Shown here: positions 1 to 12,111 of the stretch, piece after piece
Layout: each line of letters starts with the position of its first letter
How positions within the stretch are numbered: the stretch's first letter is position 1
NCBI GenBank assembly: GCA_012839865.1
Contig: DUMO01000068.1
Span: 183-64,182, forward strand
DNA length: 64,000 bases
Direction of reading: 5' to 3'
Source: Clostridiaceae bacterium
GTDB lineage: Bacteria > Bacillota > Clostridia > CAYPLH01 > DUMO01
Notes under the pieces: generated by a model
What the model was told of the DNA's origin: nothing
The model's database searches: none
The model's input: the letters and a program-made list of their open reading frames with translations, nothing else
Position numbers and translations under genes: made by a program

Positions 1-1922
1 TGAACAGGGGAAACAAGTATCAGACCCTTTTGGGGGTTACAGGCTCGGGAAAGACATTTACAATGGCCAATGTAATCGAAAGGCTGCAGCGTCCTACTCT
101 GGTAATTGCCCACAACAAGACCCTGGCGGCACAGCTTTGCAGTGAATTCAGGGAGTTTTTCCCCAATAATGCAGTGGAGTACTTTGTAAGCTATTATGAT
201 TATTATCAACCTGAAGCATACATTCCTCAAACCGACACTTACATTGAAAAGGATTCATCAATAAACGACGAGATAGATAAACTCCGCCATTCGGCCACTG
301 CCGCACTTTTTGAACGCCGTGACGTCATTATTGTAGCCAGTGTGTCATGCATATACGGATTGGGTGACCCGGAGGATTATACCGACCTGATGCTTTCATT
401 AAGACCCGGCATGATCAAGGATAGGGACGAGGTCCTCCACAAGCTGGTTGACATTCATTACACAAGAAATGAAATTGATTTTCACAGGGGAACCTTCCGG
501 GTAAGGGGAGATGTCATTGAAATATTTCCTGCAAACTCCTCTGAAAAGGTTCTCAGGGTGGAATTCTTCGGGGATGAAGTGGAAAGAATAACAGAAATTG
601 ACTCACTGACAGGTGAGATTATAGGCGTTCGAAATCATATTGCCGTATTTCCGGCATCCCACTACGCCACAACCAGGGCAAAAATGGAGCGGGCAATTAT
701 TTCAATTGAACAGGAGCTTTCAGAGCGTCTTAAATATTTAAAAGAAAATAACAAGCTTTTGGAGTATCAAAGGCTTGAACAGAGAACCCGCTATGACCTT
801 GAAATGATGCGTGAAATTGGCTTCTGCCAAGGCATAGAAAACTACTCAAGACATATCAGCGGCCGGGCACCTGGGAGCGCGCCATATACACTGCTGGACT
901 ATTTTCCGGGTGATTACCTTATGATAATTGATGAGTCCCACGTTACGGTTCCTCAGATTGGTGCAATGTACAAAGGCGACAGGTCCAGGAAGGAAGCCCT
1001 GGTGGAGTACGGGTTCAGGTTGCCCTCGGCTTTTGACAACAGGCCCTTGACCTTTGAAGAGTTTGAAAAGAAAATCAATCAGGTCATATTTACCAGTGCC
1101 ACTCCTGGAGAATACGAAAGGAGCAATTCCGCTGTCATTGTTGAACAGATTATTCGTCCTACCGGTCTTGTTGACCCGGAAGTTGTGGTAAAACCGGTAA
1201 CTGGCCAGATAGATGACCTTCTGGGAGAGATTAAGGAAAGAACCCAAAGAGGGCACCGGGTTCTGGTAACAACCCTTACCAAGAAAATGGCCGAAGACCT
1301 TACCGATTACCTGAAGGAGCTGGATATAAAGGTAAGGTACCTGCATTCGGATATAGACACCCTGGAACGTATGGAAATAATAAGGGATTTAAGGCTGGGT
1401 GTTTTTGATGTTCTTGTTGGTATAAATCTTTTAAGGGAAGGCCTTGATTTGCCGGAAGTGTCTCTGGTGGCTATTCTTGATGCGGACAAGGAAGGCTTCC
1501 TGCGGTCCGAAACATCCCTTATCCAAACAATAGGGCGTGCTGCAAGGCATGTTGAGGGCAAGGTAATAATGTATGCCGACAATATAACGGATTCCATGCG
1601 GAGAGCAATTGATGAAACAAACAGGAGAAGAACAATTCAAATAGAATACAACAAGAAACACGGCATTACGCCCCAGACAATCAGCAAGGCTGTCCGGGAT
1701 GTTATAGAAGCAACCAGGGCAGCAGAAGAAGAGAAGAAGTATACCGTTCATGAATCTGACATGTCAGACATGGAAGTAAACGAGCTTATTGCAAAATTGA
1801 AGGAGGAAATGAAATCCGCCGCCCGGGATTTGCAATTTGAAAAAGCTGCAGTACTAAGGGATAAGATTATTGAGCTGGAGAAAAGCCTGGGGAACCAACA
1901 AGGAGACGGCAGGCGCGGGTAA
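1..1922 (+). CDS. uvrB: Excinuclease ABC subunit B (UvrB). The 5' end lies upstream of the window; the ORF is open from base 1.
   Basis: The translation shows the helicase Walker A motif GVTGSGKT near the start, helicase motifs and a C-terminal UVR domain ([19 protein letters not shown]). Typical UvrB has about 35 aa before the Walker A, so the gene is truncated at the window edge. Stop TAA at 1920-1922. Confidence 0.93.
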   Translation, partial: NRGNKYQTLLGVTGSGKTFTMANVIERLQRPTLVIAHNKTLAAQLCSEFREFFPNNAVEYFVSYYDYYQPEAYIPQTDTYIEKDSSINDEIDKLRHSATAALFERRDVIIVASVSCIYGLGDPEDYTDLMLSLRPGMIKDRDEVLHKLVDIHYTRNEIDFHRGTFRVRGDVIEIFPANSSEKVLRVEFFGDEVERITEIDSLTGEIIGVRNHIAVFPASHYATTRAKMERAIISIEQELSERLKYLKENNKLLEYQRLEQRTRYDLEMMREIGFCQGIENYSRHISGRAPGSAPYTLLDYFPGDYLMIIDESHVTVPQIGAMYKGDRSRKEALVEYGFRLPSAFDNRPLTFEEFEKKINQVIFTSATPGEYERSNSAVIVEQIIRPTGLVDPEVVVKPVTGQIDDLLGEIKERTQRGHRVLVTTLTKKMAEDLTDYLKELDIKVRYLHSDIDTLERMEIIRDLRLGVFDVLVGINLLREGLDLPEVSLVAILDADKEGFLRSETSLIQTIGRAARHVEGKVIMYADNITDSMRRAIDETNRRRTIQIEYNKKHGITPQTISKAVRDVIEATRAAEEEKKYTVHESDMSDMEVNELIAKLKEEMKSAARDLQFEKAAVLRDKIIELEKSLGNQQGDGRRG

Positions 1923-1950
1923 TAAAATCATTACAAGCAGGTGCAAAATC

Positions 1951-4800
1951 ATGAGAAACAGTATTTTAGTTAAAGGTGCAAGAGAAAACAATTTAAAAAA
2001 TATTGATGTGGAAATACCAAGAGACAAGCTGGTGGTCATCACCGGACTCAGCGGTTCGGGAAAGTCGACTCTGGCTTTTGATACCATTTATGCGGAAGGA
2101 CAAAGGAGATATATGGAGTCCCTTTCCTCATATGCAAGACAGTTTTTAGGGCAGATGGAAAAGCCCAGGGTTGACTATATTGAGGGATTATCTCCTGCAA
2201 TATCCATTGACCAGAAAACCACAAGCAAGAACCCAAGGTCTACAGTAGGAACCGTTACCGAAATTCATGATTATCTGAGACTTTTGTTTGCCAGGATCGG
2301 AATTCCCCACTGCCCTGTTTGCGGCACTGAAATCAAGCAGCAGACTATAGACCAGATGACCGACAGGATCATGGCTTTGGAGGAAGGCACCAGGATACAG
2401 CTTCTGGCGCCGGTTGTAAGAGGCAGAAAAGGCGAATACAACAAACTTATCGAAGACATAAGAAAAAGCGGTTATGTCCGGATCCGGGTTGACGGCGTAG
2501 TCTACGATATAAACGAAGAAATAAAGCTTGAAAAAAATATAAAACATAACATAGATATTGTTGTGGACAGGCTGGTTATACGTCCGGATATTCAAAGAAG
2601 GCTTACGGACTCTTTGGAGGCAGTCCTTAAATTAAGCGGGGGTATTGCAAAGGTGGAGGTCGTAGGCGGCGAAGAGTACCTGTTCAGCCAGAATTTTGCA
2701 TGTGTAGATTGCGGAGTAAGCATAGAGGAGCTTACCCCCAGGATGTTTTCTTTCAACAACCCCTATGGTGCATGTCCCACCTGCGGAGGTCTGGGGACGC
2801 TTCTTAAGCTGGACCCGGATCTTGTCATTCCGAACAGGTCCCTGTCACTGGCTGAAGGCGCCATAAAAATCAATGGCTGGAATGTAGAGAATGAGAACTC
2901 CTACGGGAGGGCCATTCTTGAATCATTGGCAAAGCATTATGGATTTGATCTGGACACACCTGTCAAGGATTTGCCTAAACACGTTTTTGAAGTCTTACTG
3001 TATGGAACCGGTGGAAATAAAATAAAGATTGAATATAGAAGCGATCATGGAGCTTCCACATATGTATCTGCATTTGAAGGGATAATGAATATTGCCGAAA
3101 GAAGATACATGGAAACCCAGTCAGAAAGTATGAAGAGCTATTATGAGAGTTTCATGGGCAACAATCCGTGTCCTGATTGCAAAGGCGCAAGGCTCAAAAG
3201 GGAAAGCCTTGCCGTTACGGTGAACGGTAAAAATATAAATGAAATATCAAACATGCCGGTATGTGAAATAAAAGAGTTTTTCAGAAATATCAAGCTTACT
3301 GACCGTGAAAAATTGATATCCGAACAGATATTGAAGGAGATAAACGCCCGTATTGGATTTTTAATGGATGTAGGTCTGGAGTATCTGACTTTATCAAGGG
3401 CATCCGGAACCCTTTCAGGCGGAGAAGCCCAGAGAATCAGGCTGGCAACCCAGATAGGTTCAGGTTTGATGGGAGTCCTTTATATTCTGGATGAACCAAG
3501 CATCGGGCTGCATCAAAGGGACAATGAAAAACTTATTAACACTCTTAAAAAGTTGAGGGACCTGGGCAATACTTTGATTGTGGTTGAGCATGATGAGGAA
3601 ACCATGTATGCGGCTGATCATATTATTGATATTGGTCCCGGCCCCGGAATCCATGGAGGGCAGGTCGTAGCGGAAGGAACAATTGATGAAATAAAAGCAA
3701 ATGAAAATTCTGTGACCGGCCAATATCTAAGTGGAAGGAAAAGAATAGAAATACCCGATGCCAGAAGGCAGCCTAACGGCAAGTGGGTAGAAGTTATCGG
3801 CGCCAGGGAAAACAATCTGAAAGGCATCACAGCAAGGTTCCCTCTCGGTGTACTGACATGTGTGACAGGAGTTTCGGGTTCCGGAAAGAGCTCCCTTGTC
3901 AAGGAGATTCTTTATAAAAAGCTTGCTTCCGAGCTGAACCACGCAAAGTGCAAGCCGGGGAACCACAGGGAGGTTAAAGGGCTGGAGCATCTTGACAAGG
4001 TAATCAACATTGACCAGTCACCTATCGGAAGGACCCCCAGGTCCAATCCAGCCACATATACCGGGTTGTTTGACTTGATCAGGGATGTTTATTCAAATAC
4101 GACGGAAGCAAAAATGAAAGGGTACAAGCCCGGACGTTTCAGCTTCAACGTAAGGGGCGGCCGGTGTGAAGCCTGCAGCGGTGACGGAATAATAAAAATA
4201 GAAATGCATTTTCTTCCGGATATTTATGTTCCCTGCGAAGTCTGCAAGGGTAAAAGGTACAACAGGGAAACCCTTGAAGTGAAATACAAGGGTAAGAGCA
4301 TTGCAGATGTACTGGATATGACTGTGGAGGACGCCCTTGAATTCTTCAAAAACATACCAAGGATTAAAAACAAGCTGCAAACCCTTTATGACGTCGGACT
4401 CGGATACATGAAGCTGGGTCAATCCTCCACCACCTTGTCGGGTGGAGAGGCACAGCGTGTCAAGCTTGCCACCGAATTGTCAAAACTGAGCACCGGTAAG
4501 ACCATGTATATCCTGGATGAGCCTACAACCGGGCTTCATGTGGCTGATGTTCACAAGCTGATCAACATACTGGACAGGCTGGTGGCTTCGGGAAATACTG
4601 TGGTGGTTATAGAACACAATCTTGATGTTATAAAAACGGCGGATTATATTATAGACTTGGGTCCTGATGGTGGAGACAAAGGCGGGTATATTATTGCCGA
4701 GGGTACGCCTGAGGAGGTGGCTGAGAACCCCAATTCCTACACAGGTATGTTTTTGAGAAAAATTCTGAATGGTAAGCTCATAAAGAGGCAGGTGGGTTGA
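1951..4800 (+). CDS. uvrA: Excinuclease ABC subunit A (UvrA)
   Basis: Two ABC ATPase modules ([18 protein letters not shown]), zinc-finger Cys clusters and two LSGGE ABC signatures. I chose the ATG at 1951 ([18 protein letters not shown] is the canonical UvrA N-terminus) over the upstream in-frame ATG at 1870, which overlaps uvrB. Confidence 0.93.
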   Translation: MRNSILVKGARENNLKNIDVEIPRDKLVVITGLSGSGKSTLAFDTIYAEGQRRYMESLSSYARQFLGQMEKPRVDYIEGLSPAISIDQKTTSKNPRSTVGTVTEIHDYLRLLFARIGIPHCPVCGTEIKQQTIDQMTDRIMALEEGTRIQLLAPVVRGRKGEYNKLIEDIRKSGYVRIRVDGVVYDINEEIKLEKNIKHNIDIVVDRLVIRPDIQRRLTDSLEAVLKLSGGIAKVEVVGGEEYLFSQNFACVDCGVSIEELTPRMFSFNNPYGACPTCGGLGTLLKLDPDLVIPNRSLSLAEGAIKINGWNVENENSYGRAILESLAKHYGFDLDTPVKDLPKHVFEVLLYGTGGNKIKIEYRSDHGASTYVSAFEGIMNIAERRYMETQSESMKSYYESFMGNNPCPDCKGARLKRESLAVTVNGKNINEISNMPVCEIKEFFRNIKLTDREKLISEQILKEINARIGFLMDVGLEYLTLSRASGTLSGGEAQRIRLATQIGSGLMGVLYILDEPSIGLHQRDNEKLINTLKKLRDLGNTLIVVEHDEETMYAADHIIDIGPGPGIHGGQVVAEGTIDEIKANENSVTGQYLSGRKRIEIPDARRQPNGKWVEVIGARENNLKGITARFPLGVLTCVTGVSGSGKSSLVKEILYKKLASELNHAKCKPGNHREVKGLEHLDKVINIDQSPIGRTPRSNPATYTGLFDLIRDVYSNTTEAKMKGYKPGRFSFNVRGGRCEACSGDGIIKIEMHFLPDIYVPCEVCKGKRYNRETLEVKYKGKSIADVLDMTVEDALEFFKNIPRIKNKLQTLYDVGLGYMKLGQSSTTLSGGEAQRVKLATELSKLSTGKTMYILDEPTTGLHVADVHKLINILDRLVASGNTVVVIEHNLDVIKTADYIIDLGPDGGDKGGYIIAEGTPEEVAENPNSYTGMFLRKILNGKLIKRQVG

Positions 4801-5016
4801 ATCAGCAACTGTTGACAATTTTTGCCCCGTGATGTAGAAATAATTATTTAGACCGGGATAAAGTTTTGTGTTATAATCAAAGTAGTTGACAAAGGTCTTT
4901 GGAAGATAATTAAATATTTGTTAAGTAAAAGCGCAAGCAAGCATAAATTAATCGCAGATAAAAGACGCAGCAAAAAGCAAAACTTACATTACGGGGAATA
5001 GAACGGGGATGATAGT

Positions 5017-7329
5017 ATGATAATGTGTTCCGTATGTAAAGAAAATTACGCAGTTGTATTCATTACAAAAGTTGTAAACGGCAAGCAAAGTCAGGAAGGC
5101 TTGTGCCTGACCTGTGCAAGGAAACAAGGCATACAACCGATAAATCAGATTATAGAGCAAACAGGCATGAGCGAGGAAGACATAGATAGTTTGAACAAGC
5201 AGATGAGCGGGTTATTGGAGAATCTGGACCCATCAATTTCTGATTTGAGCGACAGAAAAGAAATTAGTTCCGGTAATCCGTTTTTTAATTTCATAAACAG
5301 GGCTTTTTCAAAGAATTATGATGACCAGGACGAGATTCCGGACAATAAAAAGGACTTTCCCGGCTCAGACAGGGATAATGGCAGAAGCAACACAAAAACC
5401 AAGACACAGAAGAAGCCTCGAAAAAAGAAATATCTTGATCTTTATGGCACAAACCTGACGCAACTTGCCAAAGAAGACAGGCTTGACCGTGTAATCGGAC
5501 GGCATCGGGAAATTGACAGGGTAATACAGATATTGAACAGGAGAACCAAGAACAATCCGGTGCTTATTGGAGAACCCGGTGTGGGAAAAACTGCCATAGC
5601 AGAGGGTCTTGCAGTAAGAATAGCAGAAAGGCAGGTTCCCGCCAAGCTCTTTAACACGGATGTTTATCTTCTGGATTTGACAGGTGTTGTTGCAGGCACC
5701 CAGTTTCGGGGGCAGTTTGAAAGCCGTATGAAAGGCATTATTGAAGAAGCTTCCTCCATGGGAAATGTCATTTTGGTGATTGATGAGCTCCATAATATTA
5801 TGGGGGCCGGAGAAGCCGAGGGTGCCATGAACGCGGCCAATATCCTGAAACCTGCCCTTGCAAAGGGTGAAATTCAGGTTATCGGGTCAACCACACTTAA
5901 TGAATACAGAAAATATATTGAGAAGGACTCTGCCCTTGAAAGAAGATTCCAGCCGGTTCTTGTGGAAGAACCGTCAATTGAGGAAACTATAGAAATTTTA
6001 AAGGGGATCAAGAATTATTACGAAAAATACCATTCGGTAAAAATACCGGATGAAGTGATACGTGCTGCAGTAATTCTCTCAGAAAGATATATAACAGACC
6101 GGTTCCTGCCTGACAAGGCCATTGATGTAATTGATGAAGCAGGCTCCAGGGTGAACTTAAAGCACAAGGGACTGGTTGAACTGGAGGCTCTGAGGGAAGA
6201 ATTGGCCCAGGTCCAGGAGGAGAAGGAGAATGCAATTTCAGCCGATTCGATAGAGGATTATCAAAAAGCGGCGGACCTTAAGGTCCGTGAGTGCAAGCTT
6301 CTTGAGGAAATTGCCAAGTTGGAGGAGAAAAACAAGGACATAGAAATTAACCTTGATGACGTTGCTTATGTAATAGAAGCATGGACCAAAATACCTGTCC
6401 AGAGAATTAACGAGGTGGAAGCCGAGAAACTATTGAACCTGGAGGAAAGGCTCCATCAAAGGGTTATCGGTCAGGAAAACGCGGTAAAAAGCGTGGCGAA
6501 GGCAATAAGGAGAAACCGGGCCGGGTTCAAAAAGAGAAAAAAGCCAACGTCCTTTATATTCATCGGTCCTACCGGAGTAGGAAAAACAGAGCTTGTAAAA
6601 GCACTTGCCTGTGAGCTTTTTGGAAGCGAAGAGGCTCTTATCAGGCTGGATATGTCCGAGTACATGGAGAAGCATACCGTATCTAAGCTTATCGGAGCGC
6701 CTCCGGGATATGTAGGTTATGATGACGGTGGCCAGCTGTCCGAGAAAGTAAGAAGGAAACCCTACTCGGTTATACTGTTGGACGAAATAGAAAAAGCCCA
6801 TCCCGATGTATTCAACATGCTGCTGCAGATACTGGAGGACGGGCGCTTGACCGACAACCACGGCAAGACGGTCAACTTCGAAAATACCGTGATTATTATG
6901 ACATCCAATGCGGGAACAAGCCTGAAAGCAAGCTCAATAGGGTTTTCCAGCGATGAGAGCAAGGCTCACGAAAGCAGGATAATGGATGTTTTGAAGGAAA
7001 CCTTCCGGCCGGAGTTCCTGAACAGGATAGATGAGATAATCATATTCAATGAGTTGAAGCGTGAAGAACTTTTGAAGATTGTTGACATCATGATTAAGGA
7101 AATAACTGATGAAATAGAAGAAAAGGGCTTTAAACTCAACATCACCCAAAGCGCCAGGGATTTCATACTTGAAAAAGGATATGACCCCAAGTATGGTGCA
7201 AGACCTTTGCGCAGGACAATACAGCGCTATATCGAAGACAACCTGTCGGAACTCTACCTTAAAGGGAAGTACAAGGCCGGGGATACAATTACAGTTGACT
7301 GCACAGACGGAGAAATCGTGTTCAATTAG
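5017..7329 (+). CDS. clpE: ClpE-type ATP-dependent Clp protease ATP-binding subunit with an N-terminal zinc ribbon
   Basis: N-terminal CxxC...CxxC zinc ribbon (CSVCKEN...CLTCARKQG). Two AAA+ modules (GEPGVGKTA and GPTGVGKTE), a middle coiled-coil/UVR-like segment and a ClpB_D2-small C-terminus. This architecture is characteristic of Firmicute ClpE. A TTAGAC-18-TATAAT promoter candidate lies upstream (about 4851-4880). Confidence 0.8.
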   Translation: MIMCSVCKENYAVVFITKVVNGKQSQEGLCLTCARKQGIQPINQIIEQTGMSEEDIDSLNKQMSGLLENLDPSISDLSDRKEISSGNPFFNFINRAFSKNYDDQDEIPDNKKDFPGSDRDNGRSNTKTKTQKKPRKKKYLDLYGTNLTQLAKEDRLDRVIGRHREIDRVIQILNRRTKNNPVLIGEPGVGKTAIAEGLAVRIAERQVPAKLFNTDVYLLDLTGVVAGTQFRGQFESRMKGIIEEASSMGNVILVIDELHNIMGAGEAEGAMNAANILKPALAKGEIQVIGSTTLNEYRKYIEKDSALERRFQPVLVEEPSIEETIEILKGIKNYYEKYHSVKIPDEVIRAAVILSERYITDRFLPDKAIDVIDEAGSRVNLKHKGLVELEALREELAQVQEEKENAISADSIEDYQKAADLKVRECKLLEEIAKLEEKNKDIEINLDDVAYVIEAWTKIPVQRINEVEAEKLLNLEERLHQRVIGQENAVKSVAKAIRRNRAGFKKRKKPTSFIFIGPTGVGKTELVKALACELFGSEEALIRLDMSEYMEKHTVSKLIGAPPGYVGYDDGGQLSEKVRRKPYSVILLDEIEKAHPDVFNMLLQILEDGRLTDNHGKTVNFENTVIIMTSNAGTSLKASSIGFSSDESKAHESRIMDVLKETFRPEFLNRIDEIIIFNELKREELLKIVDIMIKEITDEIEEKGFKLNITQSARDFILEKGYDPKYGARPLRRTIQRYIEDNLSELYLKGKYKAGDTITVDCTDGEIVFN

Positions 7330-7346
7330 AAAATGTCAGGATAAGA

Positions 7347-7388
7347 AAGCAAATCATGGTACGGTGGCTACCTGGTTTGCTTTTTTTG
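7347..7388 (+). terminator. Rho-independent terminator candidate downstream of clpE
   Basis: AAGCAAA...TTTGCTT stem enclosing an inner GGTA/TACC hairpin, followed by TTTTTTT. Confidence 0.5.
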
Positions 7389-7822
7389 GTGTGCCCGGCG
7401 AGCACATGCTCTAACGGTTCCTGTGGTTCCCTCGACAAGGGCGAAACATGGGTGAGGACCAGGAGAACCAGGGGGATGGCTTCTGCGGCCCCCAGGTTAT
7501 CTGTAGCACCAATGGACAGTTTTTACAATTACGAGGATGGCCTTAGGTATTGGTGGGCAGTATTTGTAGTGCCCAGAGGTGGTTGTAGTACTGGGAGAGT
7601 ATTGTAGTACCGGGAGAGATTCTTATAGTTCATGGGCAGAACTGAAAGGACTATGCTCTTTATCTCCGTTAGGCCAAGAGACCAGAAGAACAACCATGAA
7701 AGAGAGCTTTCACAGTAAAATACATTAAAGTATTTCAACTTTCACATTAACCGTCCCCCTGGTCCCCAGGGAGGGACCACAGGAACAGCCCTCCCCCTGG
7801 TCCAAGTACCATATAAAAACAA

Positions 7823-7851
7823 TTGATATTCCCTATTTTACAGGTTATAAT
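7823..7851 (+). promoter_or_regulatory. SigA-type promoter candidate for lon (TTGATA-17-TATAAT)
   Basis: TTGATA at 7823-7828, 17-bp spacer, TATAAT at 7846-7851, about 28 bp upstream of the lon ATG, with RBS AAGGGGATGG. Confidence 0.5.
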
Positions 7852-7878
7852 GTTTCTAGCTAGTAAGGGGATGGTCAA

Positions 7879-10317
7879 ATGAGTAAACCAAAGAAAATTA
7901 TTAAAAGGCAAATACTGCCTTTGTTGCCTCTAAAGGGGATTAATGTTTTTCCTTTGATGAACCTGCATTTTGATGTAGGCCGCCTAAAATCAATTAAAGC
8001 TCTTGAAGAAGCCATGATTACCAATCAGATGATTTTTCTGGTTGCCCAAAAAGATGAGAAAAACAATGACCCTGGGGAAAAGGGTTTATATACTGTCGGC
8101 ACTATATCAAGGATAAAGCAGCTTCTTAAACTGCCCGGTGATATTGTAAGAGTATCTGCGGAGGGTTTAAGCCGTGCCGAAATAAGCAATTTTGTTCAAT
8201 CAAGTCCTTTTTTTATGGCAGAGGTATCAGAGAACATTATTGAATATGACATTGAAGAAGACATGGAAGCGGAAGCATTAATAAGAAGTGTTCACGCAGC
8301 TTTTGAGGAATATGCAAAACTTAAAAACAACCTGTCTCCTGATGTGATACTGCAAATTGCCATGAACAACAATTTGGGCGAACTTTCGGATTTGATAGCT
8401 TCCAATGTGTTTTTAAACCTTGAAAAAAAGCAGGAGCTGCTGAGTGAATTTGATCCTAAAATCAGGCTTGAAAAGGTTTTCAAGTTGCTCATGCATGAAA
8501 TAGATATTTTGGAGCTTGAAAAGGAAATAAACGCAAAAGTCCGCAAGCAGATTGACAAGATGCAAAAAGAGTATTACCTTAGGGAGCAGCTTAAGGTTAT
8601 ACAAAAGGAACTTGGGGATAATGACGGTGTGGCCGGTGAAGTAGACGAATACAGGGAAAGAATGGGAAACAGGAAACTTCCCAAAGAAGTCGAAGAAAAG
8701 GTGGAGAAGGAGTTAAACCGCTTGCTCAAGACGCCCCAGGGCTCAGCTGAGGGAACCGTTATAAGGACGTATATAGACTGGATACTGGACTTGCCGTGGG
8801 ATAAGAAAACAAATGAAGTTATTGACCTTAAACGTGCAGAAAAAATACTTGACGAGGATCATTACGGACTTGAAAAGGTAAAACAAAGGATACTTGAATA
8901 TCTTGCAATAAGGAAATTCAACCCGGACCTGAAAGGACCGATTCTTTGCCTTATTGGCCCTCCTGGTGTGGGAAAAACGTCAATTGCCAAATCGGTTGCA
9001 AGAGCCCTTAACAGAAATTATGTCAGAATGTCCCTGGGAGGAGTAAGGGACGAGGCGGAAATAAGAGGGCATAGAAGGACTTATGTGGGAGCAATGCCCG
9101 GAAGGATCATAGCTGCTTTAAAACAGGCCCAGTCAAGCAATCCGCTCATTTTGATGGATGAAATTGATAAAATGAGCAGTGATTTCAGAGGCGATCCTGC
9201 TTCCGCACTACTGGAAGTACTTGACTCTGAACAAAACTTTGCTTTCAGGGATCATTACCTGGAATTGCCCTTTGACCTTTCAGATGTGATGTTCATGACC
9301 ACCGCCAATAATTATGACACCATACCAAGGCCGCTTTTGGACAGGATGGAAGTAATAAGCCTTACAAGTTATACTGAAGAAGAAAAGGTTAGTATCGGCA
9401 TGCGCCATTTGCTGCCAAAGCAAATGAAAGCCCATGGCCTGAAAAAATCCATGCTGAAGCTGGATGAAACGGTTATCAGGGAACTTGTTAATAACTATAC
9501 CCGGGAGGCAGGGGTCCGAAATCTTGAAAGAGAGATCGGGAAGCTCTGCAGAAGATGTGTAAAAGAAATGTTGGCCAATAACAGAAAGTCAATGACTGTT
9601 AATTTGAATAATCTTGAAAAGATAATGGGAACCAAAAAGTACAAATACAACAGAATGAATGAGAATGATGAAATAGGGATTGCCACGGGTCTTGCATGGA
9701 CTCCCGTGGGAGGAGATACCCTGTTCATAGAAGTGACTTTGTTGGATGGAAGCGGTAACCTGGAACTGACAGGTCAGCTTGGTGATGTAATGAAAGAGTC
9801 AGCCAAAGCTGCTATCAGCTATATTCGTTCCAAAGCCCTGGAATTTGGAATTGACAAGGACTTTTACAGGAAATACGATATCCATATTCATATTCCCGAA
9901 GGTGCAGTGCCGAAAGACGGACCCTCTGCCGGCATAACCCTTGCGACAGCAATGGTTTCGGCACTTACAGGATGTGCCGTAAGAAGAGATGTGGCCATGA
10001 CGGGAGAAATCACTTTAAGAGGCAGGGTACTCCCTATAGGAGGTCTGAAGGAAAAAATCCTGGCAGCCCACAGGGCAGGTATAAAAACTGTTATCATACC
10101 TGAGGAAAATACTAAGGACATAGAAGACATCCCGCAAAATGTAAAGAAACGGATTACATTTGTTCCGGCATCCAGAATGGAAACAGTGCTTGAAACAGCC
10201 CTTGAAAAGAAGATTATCAATTTTGGAACGGGCAGCATATGCAGGCATGAAGACAAGATGATTATTCCTGACCCTCAGCCGGTTATAAGCGATGTCAGCA
10301 GCATTTGCAGCGAATAA
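7879..10317 (+). CDS. lon: ATP-dependent protease Lon (LonA)
   Basis: 812 aa. N-terminal LON substrate-binding domain, AAA+ Walker [11 protein letters not shown]-terminal proteolytic domain with the catalytic Ser in PKDGPSAG and Lys in GGLKEK. Confidence 0.95.
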   Translation: MSKPKKIIKRQILPLLPLKGINVFPLMNLHFDVGRLKSIKALEEAMITNQMIFLVAQKDEKNNDPGEKGLYTVGTISRIKQLLKLPGDIVRVSAEGLSRAEISNFVQSSPFFMAEVSENIIEYDIEEDMEAEALIRSVHAAFEEYAKLKNNLSPDVILQIAMNNNLGELSDLIASNVFLNLEKKQELLSEFDPKIRLEKVFKLLMHEIDILELEKEINAKVRKQIDKMQKEYYLREQLKVIQKELGDNDGVAGEVDEYRERMGNRKLPKEVEEKVEKELNRLLKTPQGSAEGTVIRTYIDWILDLPWDKKTNEVIDLKRAEKILDEDHYGLEKVKQRILEYLAIRKFNPDLKGPILCLIGPPGVGKTSIAKSVARALNRNYVRMSLGGVRDEAEIRGHRRTYVGAMPGRIIAALKQAQSSNPLILMDEIDKMSSDFRGDPASALLEVLDSEQNFAFRDHYLELPFDLSDVMFMTTANNYDTIPRPLLDRMEVISLTSYTEEEKVSIGMRHLLPKQMKAHGLKKSMLKLDETVIRELVNNYTREAGVRNLEREIGKLCRRCVKEMLANNRKSMTVNLNNLEKIMGTKKYKYNRMNENDEIGIATGLAWTPVGGDTLFIEVTLLDGSGNLELTGQLGDVMKESAKAAISYIRSKALEFGIDKDFYRKYDIHIHIPEGAVPKDGPSAGITLATAMVSALTGCAVRRDVAMTGEITLRGRVLPIGGLKEKILAAHRAGIKTVIIPEENTKDIEDIPQNVKKRITFVPASRMETVLETALEKKIINFGTGSICRHEDKMIIPDPQPVISDVSSICSE

Positions 10318-10444
10318 GACTGAATCCTTGGATTTTTTTATAAATCCAGCCGGGGTCACCGTTTTGATATTCAAAAGATATTTTTATAAGTATGGAAAAC
10401 TTATCAATTAAGAGTTCATGATTAACAAAATATAAAATAAAAAA

Positions 10445-10477
10445 GGGGCGTTCAGCCCCGATTTTTCTTTTTTTTAG
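10445..10477. terminator. Bidirectional Rho-independent terminator shared by lon (+) and mecA (-)
   Basis: GGGGCGTTCAGCCCC hairpin flanked by A-run and T-run on both sides. The mecA stop codon overlaps the T-tract. Confidence 0.6.
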
Positions 10478-11106
10478 TTAAAGTAGGAGTTTATAATTTC
10501 AACTGCATTGTCAGGAATAATCACAGTTCCGTGTTCATTAAGAAAACCTTCGTAGAAATTTATATTTAAAATTCTGTTTCCATATTCACTTAACATGAGT
10601 TCAAGATCACAACCGGAGGAAAAACCTTTAAGTGTAATCATTAAATAATACGTGTCTCTATATTTGTAAACGCTGCTGCTGCCAAGCCTGTCTTTGGGTA
10701 TAACCCTGCACAGGCTGCACATATCATCGAAGGATTTGAAGGAGTAAAGCAAAACAGCGGTATATACCTTGGAATCAGGGCGTTTTCTTTTTATTCTGAC
10801 ATTCTTTTTTGTGCTGAGCTTGTCTTTTATATAGTTGTTAATAGATTCAAAGTCATCTTCTTCATCCATCTTTGTTATTAATACCACAAATCCGCCATCT
10901 GTTTCAGGAGCAGCTTCTATAACAATTTGTGCATTGGTGGCGTTAAATCCAAATTCGGTTTCCGCTTGTTCCATCAGGTCCCAAAAAAGCTCCTGTGCAG
11001 CTAAGGAATTGTAGTTCAGAGAATTTATGTCAATGTTTCTTTCTTCAAGATCGTTATCGGTAATGCTTATCTTGATTTTGTTTTCGCCGACTTTCTCAAT
11101 TTTCAT
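10474..11106 (-). CDS. mecA: Adaptor protein MecA (ClpC/ClpE adaptor family)
   Basis: Start chosen at the internal Met (MKIEKVGENKIKISITDNDLEERNIDINSLNYNSLAAQELFWDLMEQAE), which matches the MecA N-terminal signature. It is preceded by RBS GAGGTGAT. The ORF-track start (11142) adds 12 aa without an RBS. Confidence 0.7.
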   Translation of the reverse strand: MKIEKVGENKIKISITDNDLEERNIDINSLNYNSLAAQELFWDLMEQAETEFGFNATNAQIVIEAAPETDGGFVVLITKMDEEDDFESINNYIKDKLSTKKNVRIKRKRPDSKVYTAVLLYSFKSFDDMCSLCRVIPKDRLGSSSVYKYRDTYYLMITLKGFSSGCDLELMLSEYGNRILNINFYEGFLNEHGTVIIPDNAVEIINSYFN

Positions 11107-11471
11107 ACATATCACCTCGGTTTCTTTTTTAATGATAAACAATTCAAACTAAAAGGCAACTTTACTTCTATTAATATTTTACATTTTGTTTGACTATTAG
11201 TCAAATTAAGGGGGTATCCTGTAATCAAAATTTAAAATAACTTGAAAGCCCGATATTCCAAGGGTTTCAAGGCGTTTTAAACTGACTGTTTTCCCGCCTG
11301 TTTTGTATTTTAGACGGTGCTTCACTTGCCAATGTTTCCTAAGTACATCAGAATAATGAACATTGGCAATAGCAACAATAATATTAATACCACCGATAGT
11401 AACGGTTGAAAAGTATAAATCCTGAGTATATAATTTAAAATATACATAAGAGCGGTGATGAAAGGAAAAAT

Positions 11472-12053
11472 ATGAAAAATATTATACTGGCGTCTGCTTC
11501 ACCGAGAAGAAAAGAGCTATTGGAGCAAATTGGAGTTAATTTTCAGATTGTTTCTTCCAACACAGATGAACATATTGAATTTGCAAATGATCCCGTAGAG
11601 TATGCATGCACTTTGTCCGGGAAAAAAGCAATGGATGTGGCAAAACGGTATGATTCCGGTTATTTGGTTATCGGAGCGGATACAATAGTTGTTCTTGACG
11701 GCAAAATTTTGGGCAAACCTGAAGACAAGGAGGATGCATTCAGAATGCTCAAATCTCTTCAGGGGAAATGGCATGAAGTAATAACAGGGGTTACGGTGAT
11801 TGATGCCGGGGATAAAAGAGCCGAATCAGACTATGAAAAAACCAGGGTAAAAATGAGATCCCTTTCAGATGATATGATAAAAGCATATATCAATACCGGT
11901 GAACCGATGGACAAGGCAGGATCCTATGGGATTCAAAGGTTTGGGGCTCTTCTGGTGGAGAGAATAGAAGGCTGCTATTTTAATGTGGTTGGGCTGCCCC
12001 TGGTTAAGCTGAGTTTTATGCTGGAAAAATTCGGATACACTATATTAAGTTAG
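11472..12053 (+). CDS. maf: Maf-like nucleoside triphosphate pyrophosphatase / septum formation protein
   Basis: [24 protein letters not shown]...[16 protein letters not shown] is a canonical Maf family signature. Its position upstream of mreBCD is as in Bacillus. Confidence 0.9.
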   Translation: MKNIILASASPRRKELLEQIGVNFQIVSSNTDEHIEFANDPVEYACTLSGKKAMDVAKRYDSGYLVIGADTIVVLDGKILGKPEDKEDAFRMLKSLQGKWHEVITGVTVIDAGDKRAESDYEKTRVKMRSLSDDMIKAYINTGEPMDKAGSYGIQRFGALLVERIEGCYFNVVGLPLVKLSFMLEKFGYTILS

Positions 12054-12111
12054 TTTTTGTATAATCAATAAAACATACATAAGCCGGAAAAGGCTACAGG
12101 AGGAAAAATAT

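Noticed and set aside
846-1751. Several minus-strand ORFs (166, 96 and 106 aa) inside uvrB
   Set aside because: They lie entirely antisense to a well-conserved gene, have no RBS and are low-complexity. These are typical spurious antisense frames.
4801-5016. CtsR operator or CIRCE element upstream of clpE
   Set aside because: No tandem GGTCAAA heptads or TTAGCACTC-N9-GAGTGCTAA were found. Only a loosely similar TCAAAGTAGTTGACAAAG element.
7356-7607. 83-aa and 81-aa plus-strand ORFs and a 69-aa minus-strand ORF in the clpE-lon spacer
   Set aside because: No RBS and odd composition. They overlap the GC-rich repeat region, which is better explained as noncoding. Reported as a finding instead.
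7330-7822. Possibility that the GC-rich block is a tRNA, tmRNA, RNase P RNA or SRP RNA
   Set aside because: By eye I could not find the T-loop GGTTCGAATCC or a CCA tail. Nor could I find the RNase P AGGAAAGTCC motif or the SRP domain-IV GGAAGGAAGCAGCC motif. Left as unclassified.
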